From Myxococcales bacterium (lineage in GTDB: Bacteria; Myxococcota; Myxococcia; Myxococcales; Anaeromyxobacteraceae): a DNA stretch of 64,000 bases. Under the pieces are notes generated by a model that saw only the letters and a program-made list of their open reading frames with translations, was not told the origin of the DNA and did not search any database. Shown in pieces: positions 31,519-40,623 of this stretch. The translations under genes were made by a program, and so were the position numbers. Position 1 is the first letter of the stretch; the number at the start of each line of letters is the position of its first letter. The DNA is taken from NCBI GenBank assembly GCA_038320275.1, contig JBBQEB010000003.1:11610-75609 (forward strand), in the 5' to 3' direction.

Positions 31519-31949
31519 GCCCCGGCCGGATCGACCGCGACCTCGTCCGGAGGCAGCTCGCGGCGATGCAGGAGGCAGTGTCCAGGCTGCGGAAGTACGC
31601 GGGAAAGCCCGTCGAGGCGCTCGCAGGCCCGGGGGACCACCTCTGGGCTGTGGAGCGCGGGCTGCAGCTCTGCGCGCAGAACGCGCTCGACCTCGCGACG
31701 CACATCACCGCGAGCGCAGGGCGCGACGCGCCGGACTCCGCGAGCGCGATCGACGGCCTCGCCGACCTCGGCGTGGTGACGCCCGAGCTCGCGGCCCGTT
31801 TCCGGGGCGTCGCGGGTTTCCGGACCGCCCTCGTGCACGCCTATCTCCGGGTGGACCCGCTGCGCGTGCACGCCGCGCTGAACGAGCGGCTGGAGGACTT
31901 CGCCGAGCTTGCGCGGCGGGTCGAGGCGCACGTGGAGAGGGCAGCCTGA
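31515..31949 (+). CDS. hepT: HepT-type HEPN RNase toxin (DUF86)
   Basis: AVERGLQLCAQNALDLATH, GFRTALVHAY (RxxxxH-Y). Confidence 0.85.
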   Translation: MSPGRIDRDLVRRQLAAMQEAVSRLRKYAGKPVEALAGPGDHLWAVERGLQLCAQNALDLATHITASAGRDAPDSASAIDGLADLGVVTPELAARFRGVAGFRTALVHAYLRVDPLRVHAALNERLEDFAELARRVEAHVERAA

Positions 31950-32017
31950 GCTCGCCAGCTCCCCTGGCCTCATGAGAGACGAAGCCTGGTCGACGCCACG
32001 AGCCGGCGTTCGACGGC

Positions 32018-33229
32018 TCACGCCACCCAGTAGAAGCGGCTCCAGGCGATGAAGAGCGCTGCCTGCACGGTGGAGAACACCACCAGCACCGGCCTGTCGA
32101 CGCGGTCGCGCGCGCCTCCTTCCGCCAGCAGCGCAAAGGCGGGAAAGACCACGAGGAGGAGCCTCGTCGCGGACATGAGCGTGCCGGAGAGCAGGATGGG
32201 GGCGAGGGAGAGGAGCGCGTAGGTGCCGAGGGCATAGCGGCGGCGCACCACGAGCCCCGTGCCCAGGACGAGGAAGAGCGCCACGCAGGCGAGCTCGATG
32301 GTGCCCATCTTCTCGTGCCAGGCGGAAGGGTGGAGGAGGGTGCGCCAGGGCGCAGTGAAGGTGCGGCCCCAGGCCGCCTGGGCGCGGAACGCCGCATCGG
32401 GGATGCCGGTGCGAAGCGCGAGGTGGAGCGCATGCACCCCCAGGCCTGCGGGGGCGGCGAGCACCGCGAGCGATGCCATTGCAGCACCGGGCGCAGCCGT
32501 CGACGGGATACCGCCCGCGGGGAGCTCCCCGCGGCGAGCCTGCCACGCGACGATGGCGAGCGCCGGAGCGATGAGGACGCCGGTGGGACGGGTGAGGCCG
32601 AGGAGGAAGGCGAAGGCGGCCGCCCAGCCAAAGCGGCCCCGTCCGGCGAGGAGGAAGGTGAGCGCGGAGAGGAGCAGGAACAGCGATTCGGAGTACGCGC
32701 AGGACAGGAAGAAGCCCGCCGGGTAGGCCAGCATGTAGAGGACGGTTCGCCGCGCCACGCGCTCGTCGCTCCAGGCGTCCTTCACCGTGAGGAACACGGC
32801 GGAGAGTCCGCCCACCGCGCACAGGTTGGCGATCGCGAGCGCGACCAGGTAGTGGCCCGTCTCGCCCTGCCAGCTCCGTGGGAGGAGCGCGCTTCCGGCG
32901 CGAATGAGAGACGCGTAGAGCGGGAAGAAGGCGAGGTTCGACTGCTCCGCCGCCAGGTTGGCGGTGGGCCGGTAGCCGTGCATGGCGAGGTCGAGATACC
33001 AGGACGTGTCATATCGGCCCCACACGTCCAGCGCGGCGACCGGCACGCGGCTCCACCCTCGCACGGCGCCCACCGGGTCGAAGTAGGTCCAGCTCGGCGC
33101 GAGCTGTGACCCGAGCCAGGCTGCAGCGAGCAGCGCGGCGCGCGAGACGAGGAAGGGCAGGAGCACGGCGCGCCCGAGGAGCTCCGCGGCCCCGAGGGCA
33201 CGCCAGGCCCGTCGGGTGGCGGCGTCCAT
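32018..33229 (-). CDS. GT-C membrane mannosyltransferase, PIG-V/Gpi18-like
   Basis: WGRYDTSWYLDLA..GY, AFFPLY, YPAGFFLSCAYSESLFL, TRPTG, R..LVVFP. Confidence 0.8.
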   Translation of the reverse strand: MDAATRRAWRALGAAELLGRAVLLPFLVSRAALLAAAWLGSQLAPSWTYFDPVGAVRGWSRVPVAALDVWGRYDTSWYLDLAMHGYRPTANLAAEQSNLAFFPLYASLIRAGSALLPRSWQGETGHYLVALAIANLCAVGGLSAVFLTVKDAWSDERVARRTVLYMLAYPAGFFLSCAYSESLFLLLSALTFLLAGRGRFGWAAAFAFLLGLTRPTGVLIAPALAIVAWQARRGELPAGGIPSTAAPGAAMASLAVLAAPAGLGVHALHLALRTGIPDAAFRAQAAWGRTFTAPWRTLLHPSAWHEKMGTIELACVALFLVLGTGLVVRRRYALGTYALLSLAPILLSGTLMSATRLLLVVFPAFALLAEGGARDRVDRPVLVVFSTVQAALFIAWSRFYWVA

Positions 33230-33415
33230 GGGGGCATGGTTGTAGCAGAGTGCGGGGTCGGCAGAACGACCCCCGCTCTCCGCCTCGCGTCGTCGGCTCC
33301 GCTGTGAGACGCGCGATCGCGGCCAGGGCGGCGGCCGCGAGAGGCGGGCGCAGGAGGAGCCTGCGCCGGCCCACCCGCCCGCGTACACCCATCGTCCTCT
33401 CCCAAGGAGACGACG

Positions 33416-34906
33416 ATGCCCGCTCCCGCCACTCCCCAGAGCTCCTCCCTCGCCCTGCTCACCGATTTGTACGAGCTCACCATGGCGGCGGCGGCCTGGA
33501 AGAGCGGCATCACCACCCACGAAGCGGCCTTCACGCTCTACTTCCGCAACAGTCCATTTCACGGAGGGTTCACCATCGCCGCGGGGCTCGAGCCGGTGGT
33601 GGAGTACATCGAGGGCTACCGCTTCGACGCGAGCGATCTCGAGTTCCTGGCCGAGCAGCGCGACGCACGTGGAGCTCCGCTCTTCGACCGCCCCTTCCTC
33701 GACCACCTGCGCGACCTGCCGATGGGCATCGATGTGGATGCCGTGCCGGAGGGAACGGCCGTGTTCCCCTGGGAGCCGGTGGTGCGGGTCAAGGGGCCCA
33801 TCATCCCCTGCATGCTGCTGGAGACGCCCCTCCTCACCCTCACCAATTTCCAGACGCTGGTGGCCACCAAGGCGGCGCGCATCTCCATCGCCGCCCGCGG
33901 CGAGCCGGTGCTGGAGCTCGGGCTCCGGCGAGCCCAGGGTTTCGACGGCGGCCTCTCCGCTGCACGCGCGGCCTACCTGGGCGGCTGCTCGGCGACGTCG
34001 AACGTCCTCGCCGGCAAACGCTATGGCATCCCGGTGAAGGGCACCCATTCGCACGCCTGGGTGATGCTCTTCGACGACGAGCGGGCGGCGTTCCAGGCCT
34101 ACGCCGAGGCCATGCCCGGCAACTGCGTGCTCCTCGTCGATACCTACGACACGCTCGAAGGCGTCGATCACGCCATCGAGACCGGGCGCTGGCTGCGCGC
34201 CCACGGCGGCGAGCTCACCGGAATCCGCCTCGACTCGGGCGACCTCGCCTGGCTGTCCCAGGAGGCGCGGCGCCGGCTCGACGCGTCGGGCTTCGAGCGC
34301 ACCACCATCCTGGCGTCGAACGAGCTCGACGAGACCATCATCGAAAGCCTGCGTGAGCAGGGCGCGCGCATCGCCGTGTGGGGCGTGGGGACGCGGCTCG
34401 TGACGGGCGCCTCGGACGCCGCGCTGGGCGGCGTGTACAAGCTGGGCGCGGTCCGGCGGGAGGGCGGCGCCTGGAGCCACCGGGTGAAGCTCTCGGAGCA
34501 GTCGGCCAAGACGAGCGTGCCAGGCATCCTCCAGGTGCGCCGCTACCGCCGCGGCGGGGAGAACCTGGCCGACGTGATCTATGACGAGCTCTTAGGAATG
34601 CCGGAGGCAGCCGTTCTCGTGGACCCGCTCGACCCCACGCGTCGGCGCGCGGTCCCCCGGGGCGTGGAGGGGCAGGATCTGCTCGTCCCGATCTTCCGCG
34701 GTGGAAAGCGCGTGTACGACCCGCCTCCGCTCGCGTCCTCGCGCGCCCACGCGCAGGAGGAGCTCGGCCAGTTGCACCCTGGCGTGAAGCGCTTCGTGAA
34801 TCCTCACCAGTATCCGGTGGGGCTGGAGCGCGGGCTCTTCGACCTGCGCACCCGGCTCATCCTGGAGGCGAGAGGCCACGAGGGCCTGATAGCGGAGACC
34901 ACTTGA
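33416..34906 (+). CDS. pncB: Nicotinate phosphoribosyltransferase
   Basis: LLTDLYELTM, ELGLRRAQG, TSNV, GTHSHAW, LVDTYDT, GIRLDSGD, LGGVYKL; AAGGAG RBS. Confidence 0.96.
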   Translation: MPAPATPQSSSLALLTDLYELTMAAAAWKSGITTHEAAFTLYFRNSPFHGGFTIAAGLEPVVEYIEGYRFDASDLEFLAEQRDARGAPLFDRPFLDHLRDLPMGIDVDAVPEGTAVFPWEPVVRVKGPIIPCMLLETPLLTLTNFQTLVATKAARISIAARGEPVLELGLRRAQGFDGGLSAARAAYLGGCSATSNVLAGKRYGIPVKGTHSHAWVMLFDDERAAFQAYAEAMPGNCVLLVDTYDTLEGVDHAIETGRWLRAHGGELTGIRLDSGDLAWLSQEARRRLDASGFERTTILASNELDETIIESLREQGARIAVWGVGTRLVTGASDAALGGVYKLGAVRREGGAWSHRVKLSEQSAKTSVPGILQVRRYRRGGENLADVIYDELLGMPEAAVLVDPLDPTRRRAVPRGVEGQDLLVPIFRGGKRVYDPPPLASSRAHAQEELGQLHPGVKRFVNPHQYPVGLERGLFDLRTRLILEARGHEGLIAETT

Positions 34907-35257
34907 TCTGATCCCTGCTGCGGCGCACGCTGCCTGCCTGCGCCGGGCAGACTCGTCGGTTCGCTGCTCGACGTACCTTCCAGGTACGCCTCCGCTGCTC
35001 CCTCCTCGTGTGCCCGGCTCATCGACGGGATCGTGTTCCTCGCGACGGGCTCAGAGCGGAGACCACTTGATACGATCCCTGCTGCGGCGCACGCTGCCTG
35101 CCTGCGCCGGGCAGACTCGTCAGTCCGCTGCTCGACGTACCTTTCAGGTACGCCTCCGCTGCTCCCTCCTCGTGTGCCCGGCTCGCCGACGGCATCGTGT
35201 GCCTCGCGACGGGCTCATATCAAGTGGGCTCCGCTGTCAGACCAAGTGGGCTCCGCT
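34891..35257. mobile_element. Two copies of a ~180-bp MITE-like element with terminal inverted repeats, apparently nested
   Basis: 164-bp direct repeat (34891, 35055); left end AGCGGAGACCACTTGAT; right ends ATCAAGTGGGCTCCGCT (35219-35235) and CAAGTGGGCTCCGCT (35243-35257); internal CGTACC..GGTACG hairpin. Confidence 0.7.
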
Positions 35258-35264
35258 GTGACTG

Positions 35265-35300
35265 AAAAGAAAAGGCCGGCTCCCTCGCAGGAACCGGCCC
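35265..35300 (-). terminator. Intrinsic terminator
   Basis: GGCCGG...CCGGCC stem followed by a T-rich tail on the minus strand. Confidence 0.75.
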
Positions 35301-35326
35301 TCCCAACGACGCGGCGTGAAGCCGGA

Positions 35327-35737
35327 TTACATGCCGGCGTCGGCGGTGGTCTTGTGGCTGTGCTTCTTGGCCTTGCTGTGCTTCTTGGTCTTCTTGGTGG
35401 TGGTGGTGGTGGAGGTCGCGGTGTCGGAAGCAGAGCCCGAGCCGCCCATCGAGCCAGAGCCCATCGAGCCGCTGGTGGACGTCCCGCTGGTGCCCGCCGC
35501 GCCGCCCGCGCCGCCGGTGGTGCCGCTGGAGGAGCCGCCCATGGAGCCGCCGCCCATCGCGCCGGAGTTGCCCGAGGAACCGCCCCCCATCGCGCCGCTG
35601 GACCCGCTGCCCGTCGAGCCGCTGGCACCACCCGCGGCGCCGCCGCTGCTGCCGCCCGACCCGCCACCGCTCTGGGCAAACGCCGGGGCCGAGGCCATGA
35701 GGAACATCGACGCCACGATCACGCTGAGCTTACGCAT
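35327..35737 (-). CDS. Secreted low-complexity Gly/Ser-rich protein with Lys/His tail
   Basis: Signal peptide MRKLSVIVASMFLMASAPAFA; AAGGAG RBS; own terminator. Confidence 0.75.
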   Translation of the reverse strand: MRKLSVIVASMFLMASAPAFAQSGGGSGGSSGGAAGGASGSTGSGSSGAMGGGSSGNSGAMGGGSMGGSSSGTTGGAGGAAGTSGTSTSGSMGSGSMGGSGSASDTATSTTTTTKKTKKHSKAKKHSHKTTADAGM

Positions 35738-35788
35738 TGGTGAACTCCTTTTGGGGCGGGAGGAACATCCCGCGATGCCATGTGGGAT

Positions 35789-35804
35789 AGCAGGACACAT
35801 GCCA
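35789..35804 (-). promoter_or_regulatory. Putative sigma54 (-24/-12) promoter
   Basis: Minus strand TGGCATG-TGTC-CTGCT; GG and GC 10 nt apart; about 50 bp upstream of the Gly/Ser-rich gene. Confidence 0.6.
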
Positions 35805-35996
35805 AAAAGGCCTGGCTGCTCGTCGAGCAGGAACGTGGCCGAAGTTCAGGCACATGGCAGAAAACGAGGGAATCGTGCGGCCCTCACGGGTGGGGAGGGG
35901 TGGGACAAGGCGCCGCAGGGTCGGTGACAACCTCCCCGGTGCTCGAGGTTCCCTGCCGCTGAACTCACACTCTCACGCGTGGCCGGTCACCCAAGA

Positions 35997-36920
35997 TCAC
36001 GCCATTGCCGGCGCGGCCACGACCGTGTTCCGTCCGTTCTGCTTCGCCCGGTAGAGCGCCCGGTCGGCTGCCGCGAGGATCTGCACCTCGGTGCGCCCGG
36101 GCTCGAAGGGCGTGAGGCTGGAAGACACCGTCACGCCGACGCTCACCGTCACCGCGATCTCGACCCCCTCGAACGCGCAGCGCGAGCGCTCGACCGCCCG
36201 CCGCACGCGCTCGGCGAGAGCCTTCGCCCCTACGAGACCGGTCTCCCGCGACAGCACCACGAACTCCTCGCCGCCGAAGCGGGCCACCACGTCCTCCTTG
36301 CGCACCGCCCCCTGGATCACGAAGGCCGTGGTCTTGAGCGCCTCGTCGCCCGCAAGGTGGCCGTGCTCGTCGTTCACCCGCTTGAAATGGTCGATGTCGA
36401 CGAGGAGCAGGGAGAGGGCGCGGCCGTGGCGCTGCGAGGCGCCGAGCTCGCTCGCGAGGCGCTCCATGAAGTGGCGCCGGTTGTAGAGCCCGGTGAGAGG
36501 TTCGTGCAGCGCGCCCTGCGAAAGCTTCCGCTGGTAGTCCGCCTCCACCTCGTCGAAGAGCACGAACTTGAAGGTGGTGTGCGCGCCGAGCTGGAATCTC
36601 GCGCCATCCTGGAGGATCGCCTCGCCCACCCGCTTGCCCTCCACGAAGGTCCCGTTGGCGCTCCCGAGGTCCGCGAGCCGCGCCGAACCGCGCTCGGCGG
36701 AGAGGGTGGCGTGCTTGCGCGACACGCCGTCGTCATGGACGTGCACGTCCGCGTCGGCGCGGCGCCCGATGAGCAGCTCCCGGCCAGGCGGCAGCGCGAA
36801 GACCTCGCCGAACTGAGGTCCGGAGAGGACGACGAGGTACGGCTGCTTCGTCGCTGGACCCTCCGCCCGCGGGGGCGTGGTGAAGGTCGGGTCGAGCTGT
36901 TCCTGGGTGCGGCGCGCCAT
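35997..36920 (-). CDS. FHA-GGDEF diguanylate cyclase
   Basis: IGR..SRKHA..DLGSANGT (FHA); LTGLYNRR, DIDHFK, RKED I-site, RFGGEEF. Confidence 0.93.
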   Translation of the reverse strand: MARRTQEQLDPTFTTPPRAEGPATKQPYLVVLSGPQFGEVFALPPGRELLIGRRADADVHVHDDGVSRKHATLSAERGSARLADLGSANGTFVEGKRVGEAILQDGARFQLGAHTTFKFVLFDEVEADYQRKLSQGALHEPLTGLYNRRHFMERLASELGASQRHGRALSLLLVDIDHFKRVNDEHGHLAGDEALKTTAFVIQGAVRKEDVVARFGGEEFVVLSRETGLVGAKALAERVRRAVERSRCAFEGVEIAVTVSVGVTVSSSLTPFEPGRTEVQILAAADRALYRAKQNGRNTVVAAPAMA

Positions 36921-37016
36921 CGCGAGGAGTCTACCTCACCGGGCCCCCGGCGCAGGGCCATGGTCGAGCGACGGGACTGTGGGGGGGCAAAGCGCCCGCC
37001 GCGAACCCGTCACCGC

Positions 37017-37463
37017 TCAGGAGGCGCTGGCCGCCCGCGGCCCATCGTGCCCCTCGATGAAGGCGTGGAGCTGGCCGATGAGCCACTCCTTCTCCTCGAG
37101 CATGAGCCCGATGAGATCGCGCATCGACACCACGCCCAGCACCTCTCCTCCTTCCGCGACGAGGAGGTGGCGGGTGGTGTGGTCGCGCATGAGCGCCGTG
37201 CAGGCCACGTCGGTGGTGCCCGGCGTCACCGTGGGGACGTCCGCGCGCATCGCCTCGCCGATGGCGAGGTTCGACCCGCTACCCGAAGCGACCACCGATG
37301 CCACCAGGTCGCGCTCCGTGACGAGCCCCACCACCTTGCCGCCCCGGCGAACCGCCACCGAGCCGATGCGCCGCTCCACCATGAGCCGGGCCGCGTCGGC
37401 ACAGGGCGACTCTGCTTCCAGGACCACGAGCGTGCGCGTCACGTGCCTCTCGATGCTCGCCAT
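37017..37463 (-). CDS. CBS-pair protein
   Basis: VGLVTERDL, RHLLV..GVVSMRDL; GGAGG RBS. Confidence 0.88.
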   Translation of the reverse strand: MASIERHVTRTLVVLEAESPCADAARLMVERRIGSVAVRRGGKVVGLVTERDLVASVVASGSGSNLAIGEAMRADVPTVTPGTTDVACTALMRDHTTRHLLVAEGGEVLGVVSMRDLIGLMLEEKEWLIGQLHAFIEGHDGPRAASAS

Positions 37464-37591
37464 GTGAGACCTCCCCGCGTGCGTGTGTGTAGCGTACGCA
37501 CGCGGCCGGCCACCTTCCCAGCCGGTGGCGCGGGCCAGATGGGTTTCCCGCGGTGCGTCACCGGCGGCTCCTCGACCTGCGACGCGGCGGG

Positions 37592-38539
37592 TCAGCGCGC
37601 CACCGGCGCGGCGGCCGCCGCTGCCGGAGCCGCCGCCGAGCGAGAGTCACCTGCCTCCCTCCGCACCGCGATGACCGCGTTCGGGATCTCCCATGCGAGC
37701 CCGACAGCCTCGCCCTCGCCCGAGGCGCGCTCCAGGGCGCCGAGCCGCTCCACGTCGCGCCCTCCAGCGCGCACGAAGAGCTGCGCCTCCGGCCCCCCCT
37801 CCACGTACATGGCGCGGCGCAGGTCGATGGGCGCCGCGAGCAGCGCGTCCACGAGGTCGTGCACCGGCCAGGGCGCGCGCGCGTGCATGAAGAGGATGCG
37901 CCCGGCGCCGTCGATGCCGACCGCTGCGGTGCTCCTGCGCTTGGTGTCCGGCGCCCACACGTTCTTGCGCTCGCAGGAGACGAGCCGGATGGACTGGATG
38001 AGGGTGCCGTAGCCCGAAGCCAGCGCATCCATGTCGCCACACTCGGCGTCGAGGATGCGCGCCGGCGGCAGCCCGGGCCGGAGCGGGTCGAAGGCGAGCA
38101 CCGCCTTGAAGCGAGCGCTCCGGCGCGGGTTGTTCTGGTGCTCCCGCGTCCGCATGAGGCCGAGATTGGTGAGGCCGTCGGTCTGGAACATGCCGGCGTT
38201 GATGGCGGCCACCGCGCCGGTGGCAAGGGCCCAGCGCTTCACGGTGCGTGGACGCGCATCGCTTGCCGAGGCGTTGGCCAGCCGCAGCTCGAACCGGGCC
38301 GGGTCGAGCCGCGCGACCCACACGCGCGCATCGCCCGGAGAAGGTGCCGGACCGCGAAACGTGCCGACCTCGAGACCCGCTTCCAGGGAAGTCCAGGTTC
38401 CCTCCGGAGGGAGCGACGCCGCGGGGGCATCCTCGGCCACCTCCACCGGAGCCTGCGCGGGCTTGCTCTGCTGGCGGTCGCACGAGGCGAGCAGCGTCAG
38501 GGCAACGGCCGTGGAGGCGAGCCGGGAGGGATGGTGCAC
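37592..38539 (-). CDS. Phosphodiester glycosidase (NAGPA-like) family lipoprotein
   Basis: Lipobox LLASC; AAINAGMF, AVGID..G, AMYVEGG, IPNAV. Confidence 0.7.
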   Translation of the reverse strand: MHHPSRLASTAVALTLLASCDRQQSKPAQAPVEVAEDAPAASLPPEGTWTSLEAGLEVGTFRGPAPSPGDARVWVARLDPARFELRLANASASDARPRTVKRWALATGAVAAINAGMFQTDGLTNLGLMRTREHQNNPRRSARFKAVLAFDPLRPGLPPARILDAECGDMDALASGYGTLIQSIRLVSCERKNVWAPDTKRRSTAAVGIDGAGRILFMHARAPWPVHDLVDALLAAPIDLRRAMYVEGGPEAQLFVRAGGRDVERLGALERASGEGEAVGLAWEIPNAVIAVRREAGDSRSAAAPAAAAAAPVAR

Positions 38540-38653
38540 GGCCGGCCAGTATACCAAGCCGGTCGAGGCCCCGATCCCCGCCGCCCGGCGTCGCGACTCT
38601 CCATCAGCACCCGCGATGAGCGGATCACCCGCGGTGCCTGGCGGCGTCGCCGC

Positions 38654-39742
38654 TCAGGGCGCCGCCTCCTGCGAGCTCCAGGCCGCCGTGTCGTCGACCT
38701 GCTGGGCCAACCAGTCGTGGAGGCTCACGCCGACCGTGTAGCTGGCGGGGCGCCGGAGCAACGTGTGGCCAGCCCCCGCCACGAAATAGTGCTTCACGTT
38801 GGGTTGCGGATCCATGACCCGGTGCGCCGTGTCGAAGAGCGCGCCCGTGAAGGTGTCGGGCGAGATCAGGAAGAACAGAGGGATGGTGGTGTCGTGCACG
38901 TAGGAGAGCAGGGACATGCGATCCTTCGGGTACTTGCGCGCGGCGGCGGCGAAGGCCTGGCCGAGGTCCGTCTTGCACTCCGGGCAAACGGAGGCGAGCG
39001 TGGAGTAGAGCCCCCAGGAGACGTCGAACGCGTCGGCCTGCGCGCGTCCGATCTCCGAGGCGAGGAGGGGCGGCCCGGAGTCGTCCACCACATACGAGGG
39101 CACGTGGGGCCAGTACGCCCGGAACGTGTCGTAGTTCGCGAGGGTGCCGAAGCCCCCCGCCGACGTGCCGCTCAGGACCACCTTGCCCGGTAGAGGAAAG
39201 GTGGGGGCGAGTCGCTTCATGAACGCGGCGAAGTTCTGGTGGCCGACGTGGTGGAAGGCGCGGGTGTCCGTCGCTGCGCCGCCCGGGAGCGTGACGGTGT
39301 ACTGGGTCACCCGGTCGCCGGTGTGGACGTCGCCCGTGCAGTAGGGCACGTACACGAGCGTCCAGTCGCGAAAGGGATTGGCCGGGTCGGCGCGATCGAG
39401 CACACCGGTGAACGTCGCGGACTGAAGCGCCTGGAACTGAGCCTGGCCGAAGGGGCCCGGCGTCGTGATGAAGCCGGGCACGAAGCAGGTGCCGTAGGTC
39501 CAGCAGGCGCCGCCCCCCTCCAGGAAGACGAAGAGGTTTCCGCTGTCGCCGGGTGAGATGCCGATGCCGGTGGGCGATCCGTCCCCGCAGGCGCTGTCCG
39601 GAAAGTCGATCCAGGTCCAGGCGTTCTTCGCGAGGGCGCTGGCGGGAATGGCTTCGCCCATGGGCGGCGGGGTCGAGTCGCTCGATCCCCCGCAGGCGAG
39701 GAGCAGGGACAGGGTTGCGGCTGCGAGCGAACGGTGACGCAA
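38654..39742 (-). CDS. Pectinacetylesterase/Notum-like lipoprotein esterase
   Basis: Lipobox LLAC; CGDGSPTG, LEGGGACW, YVPYCTGDVH, GTSAGGFG. Confidence 0.85.
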   Translation of the reverse strand: MRHRSLAAATLSLLLACGGSSDSTPPPMGEAIPASALAKNAWTWIDFPDSACGDGSPTGIGISPGDSGNLFVFLEGGGACWTYGTCFVPGFITTPGPFGQAQFQALQSATFTGVLDRADPANPFRDWTLVYVPYCTGDVHTGDRVTQYTVTLPGGAATDTRAFHHVGHQNFAAFMKRLAPTFPLPGKVVLSGTSAGGFGTLANYDTFRAYWPHVPSYVVDDSGPPLLASEIGRAQADAFDVSWGLYSTLASVCPECKTDLGQAFAAAARKYPKDRMSLLSYVHDTTIPLFFLISPDTFTGALFDTAHRVMDPQPNVKHYFVAGAGHTLLRRPASYTVGVSLHDWLAQQVDDTAAWSSQEAAP

Positions 39743-39831
39743 GGTGAGGACCTCCTCGGTGAAACGCGGGGCCTCGAATGTAGGCCGTGGGTTCCGCCGC
39801 CGCCCGTCCGGCCGGGGAGTAGCATCGCCCC

Positions 39832-40623
39832 ATGCGCTCAGGGCCAGGTCGAGGTTTCCGCCGCAGGCTCGCCGTGGCGCTTCTCGCCCTGGCGTTCCTC
39901 GCGCCAGCCAGACCCGCCGAGGCCCGGCGGCGGCTCCCTCGCAAGGCGCATCCGGAGGGCAGCCTCGTGCTCGAGGGCAGGCCGACGCGCGTTCGCTGGA
40001 CCGATGGCGACACCTTCAAGGTCCTCGATGGCCCGTTCGGTGGACTGCTCACGCGGCTCGACGGTTACAACACGCTCGAGAGCTATGGGCCGGTGCACCG
40101 CTGGGGACGGTGGTCGCCCCCCGAGCTGCTGGCCCTGGCGCAGGAGGCGACGCGCTTCGCCGCCGCGGGCTCCTGGCACTGCACCAGCGCGGGCGCCGCC
40201 GACCGCTACCACCGACTGCTGGTGCGCTGTCCGGATGCGGCGCGCGCGCTCGTGCGCACGGGGCTCGCGATGGTCTATGCCGTCGACGCGGAAGCGAGGC
40301 CCGAGCTGCTCGCCGCGCAGCGGGATGCGCAGCGTGAGGGGCGAGGCATGTGGGCGAAGGGCGTGCCGCGCGGCATCGTGACGAACCTTCACTCGATCGT
40401 CGAGAACGGGGGAGAGGGCGCCTACGACCGCGTCGCGGACACGCGCACCGGACGTGCGATCGCCCGCCCGCACGAGCACGCGTACGCGATGTGCTCGGAG
40501 GTGTGTCAGGCCACCGAGGGCGACACGAGCTGCATGGTGTACGTCCCCTTCGAGCGCCGCTACCGCAACAAGCCGCCCTGCCTGCAGGGATCACCGGCGC
40601 GGCGGAAGCGGCAGGAGCGCTGA
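39832..40623 (+). CDS. Secreted thermonuclease (SNase-like) family protein
   Basis: Signal peptide; TDGDTF, RL.GYNTLE, DRYHRLL, LVRTGLA, AQREGRGMW. Confidence 0.75.
   Translation: MRSGPGRGFRRRLAVALLALAFLAPARPAEARRRLPRKAHPEGSLVLEGRPTRVRWTDGDTFKVLDGPFGGLLTRLDGYNTLESYGPVHRWGRWSPPELLALAQEATRFAAAGSWHCTSAGAADRYHRLLVRCPDAARALVRTGLAMVYAVDAEARPELLAAQRDAQREGRGMWAKGVPRGIVTNLHSIVENGGEGAYDRVADTRTGRAIARPHEHAYAMCSEVCQATEGDTSCMVYVPFERRYRNKPPCLQGSPARRKRQER

Noticed and set aside
34891..35257. CRISPR array or riboswitch downstream of pncB
   Set aside because: Two long near-identical units with terminal inverted repeats at a gene 3' end fit a MITE better
35316..35927. Pro/Glu-rich membrane protein on the + strand
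   Set aside because: Antisense of the Gly/Ser-rich gene, which has the RBS, signal peptide, promoter and terminator
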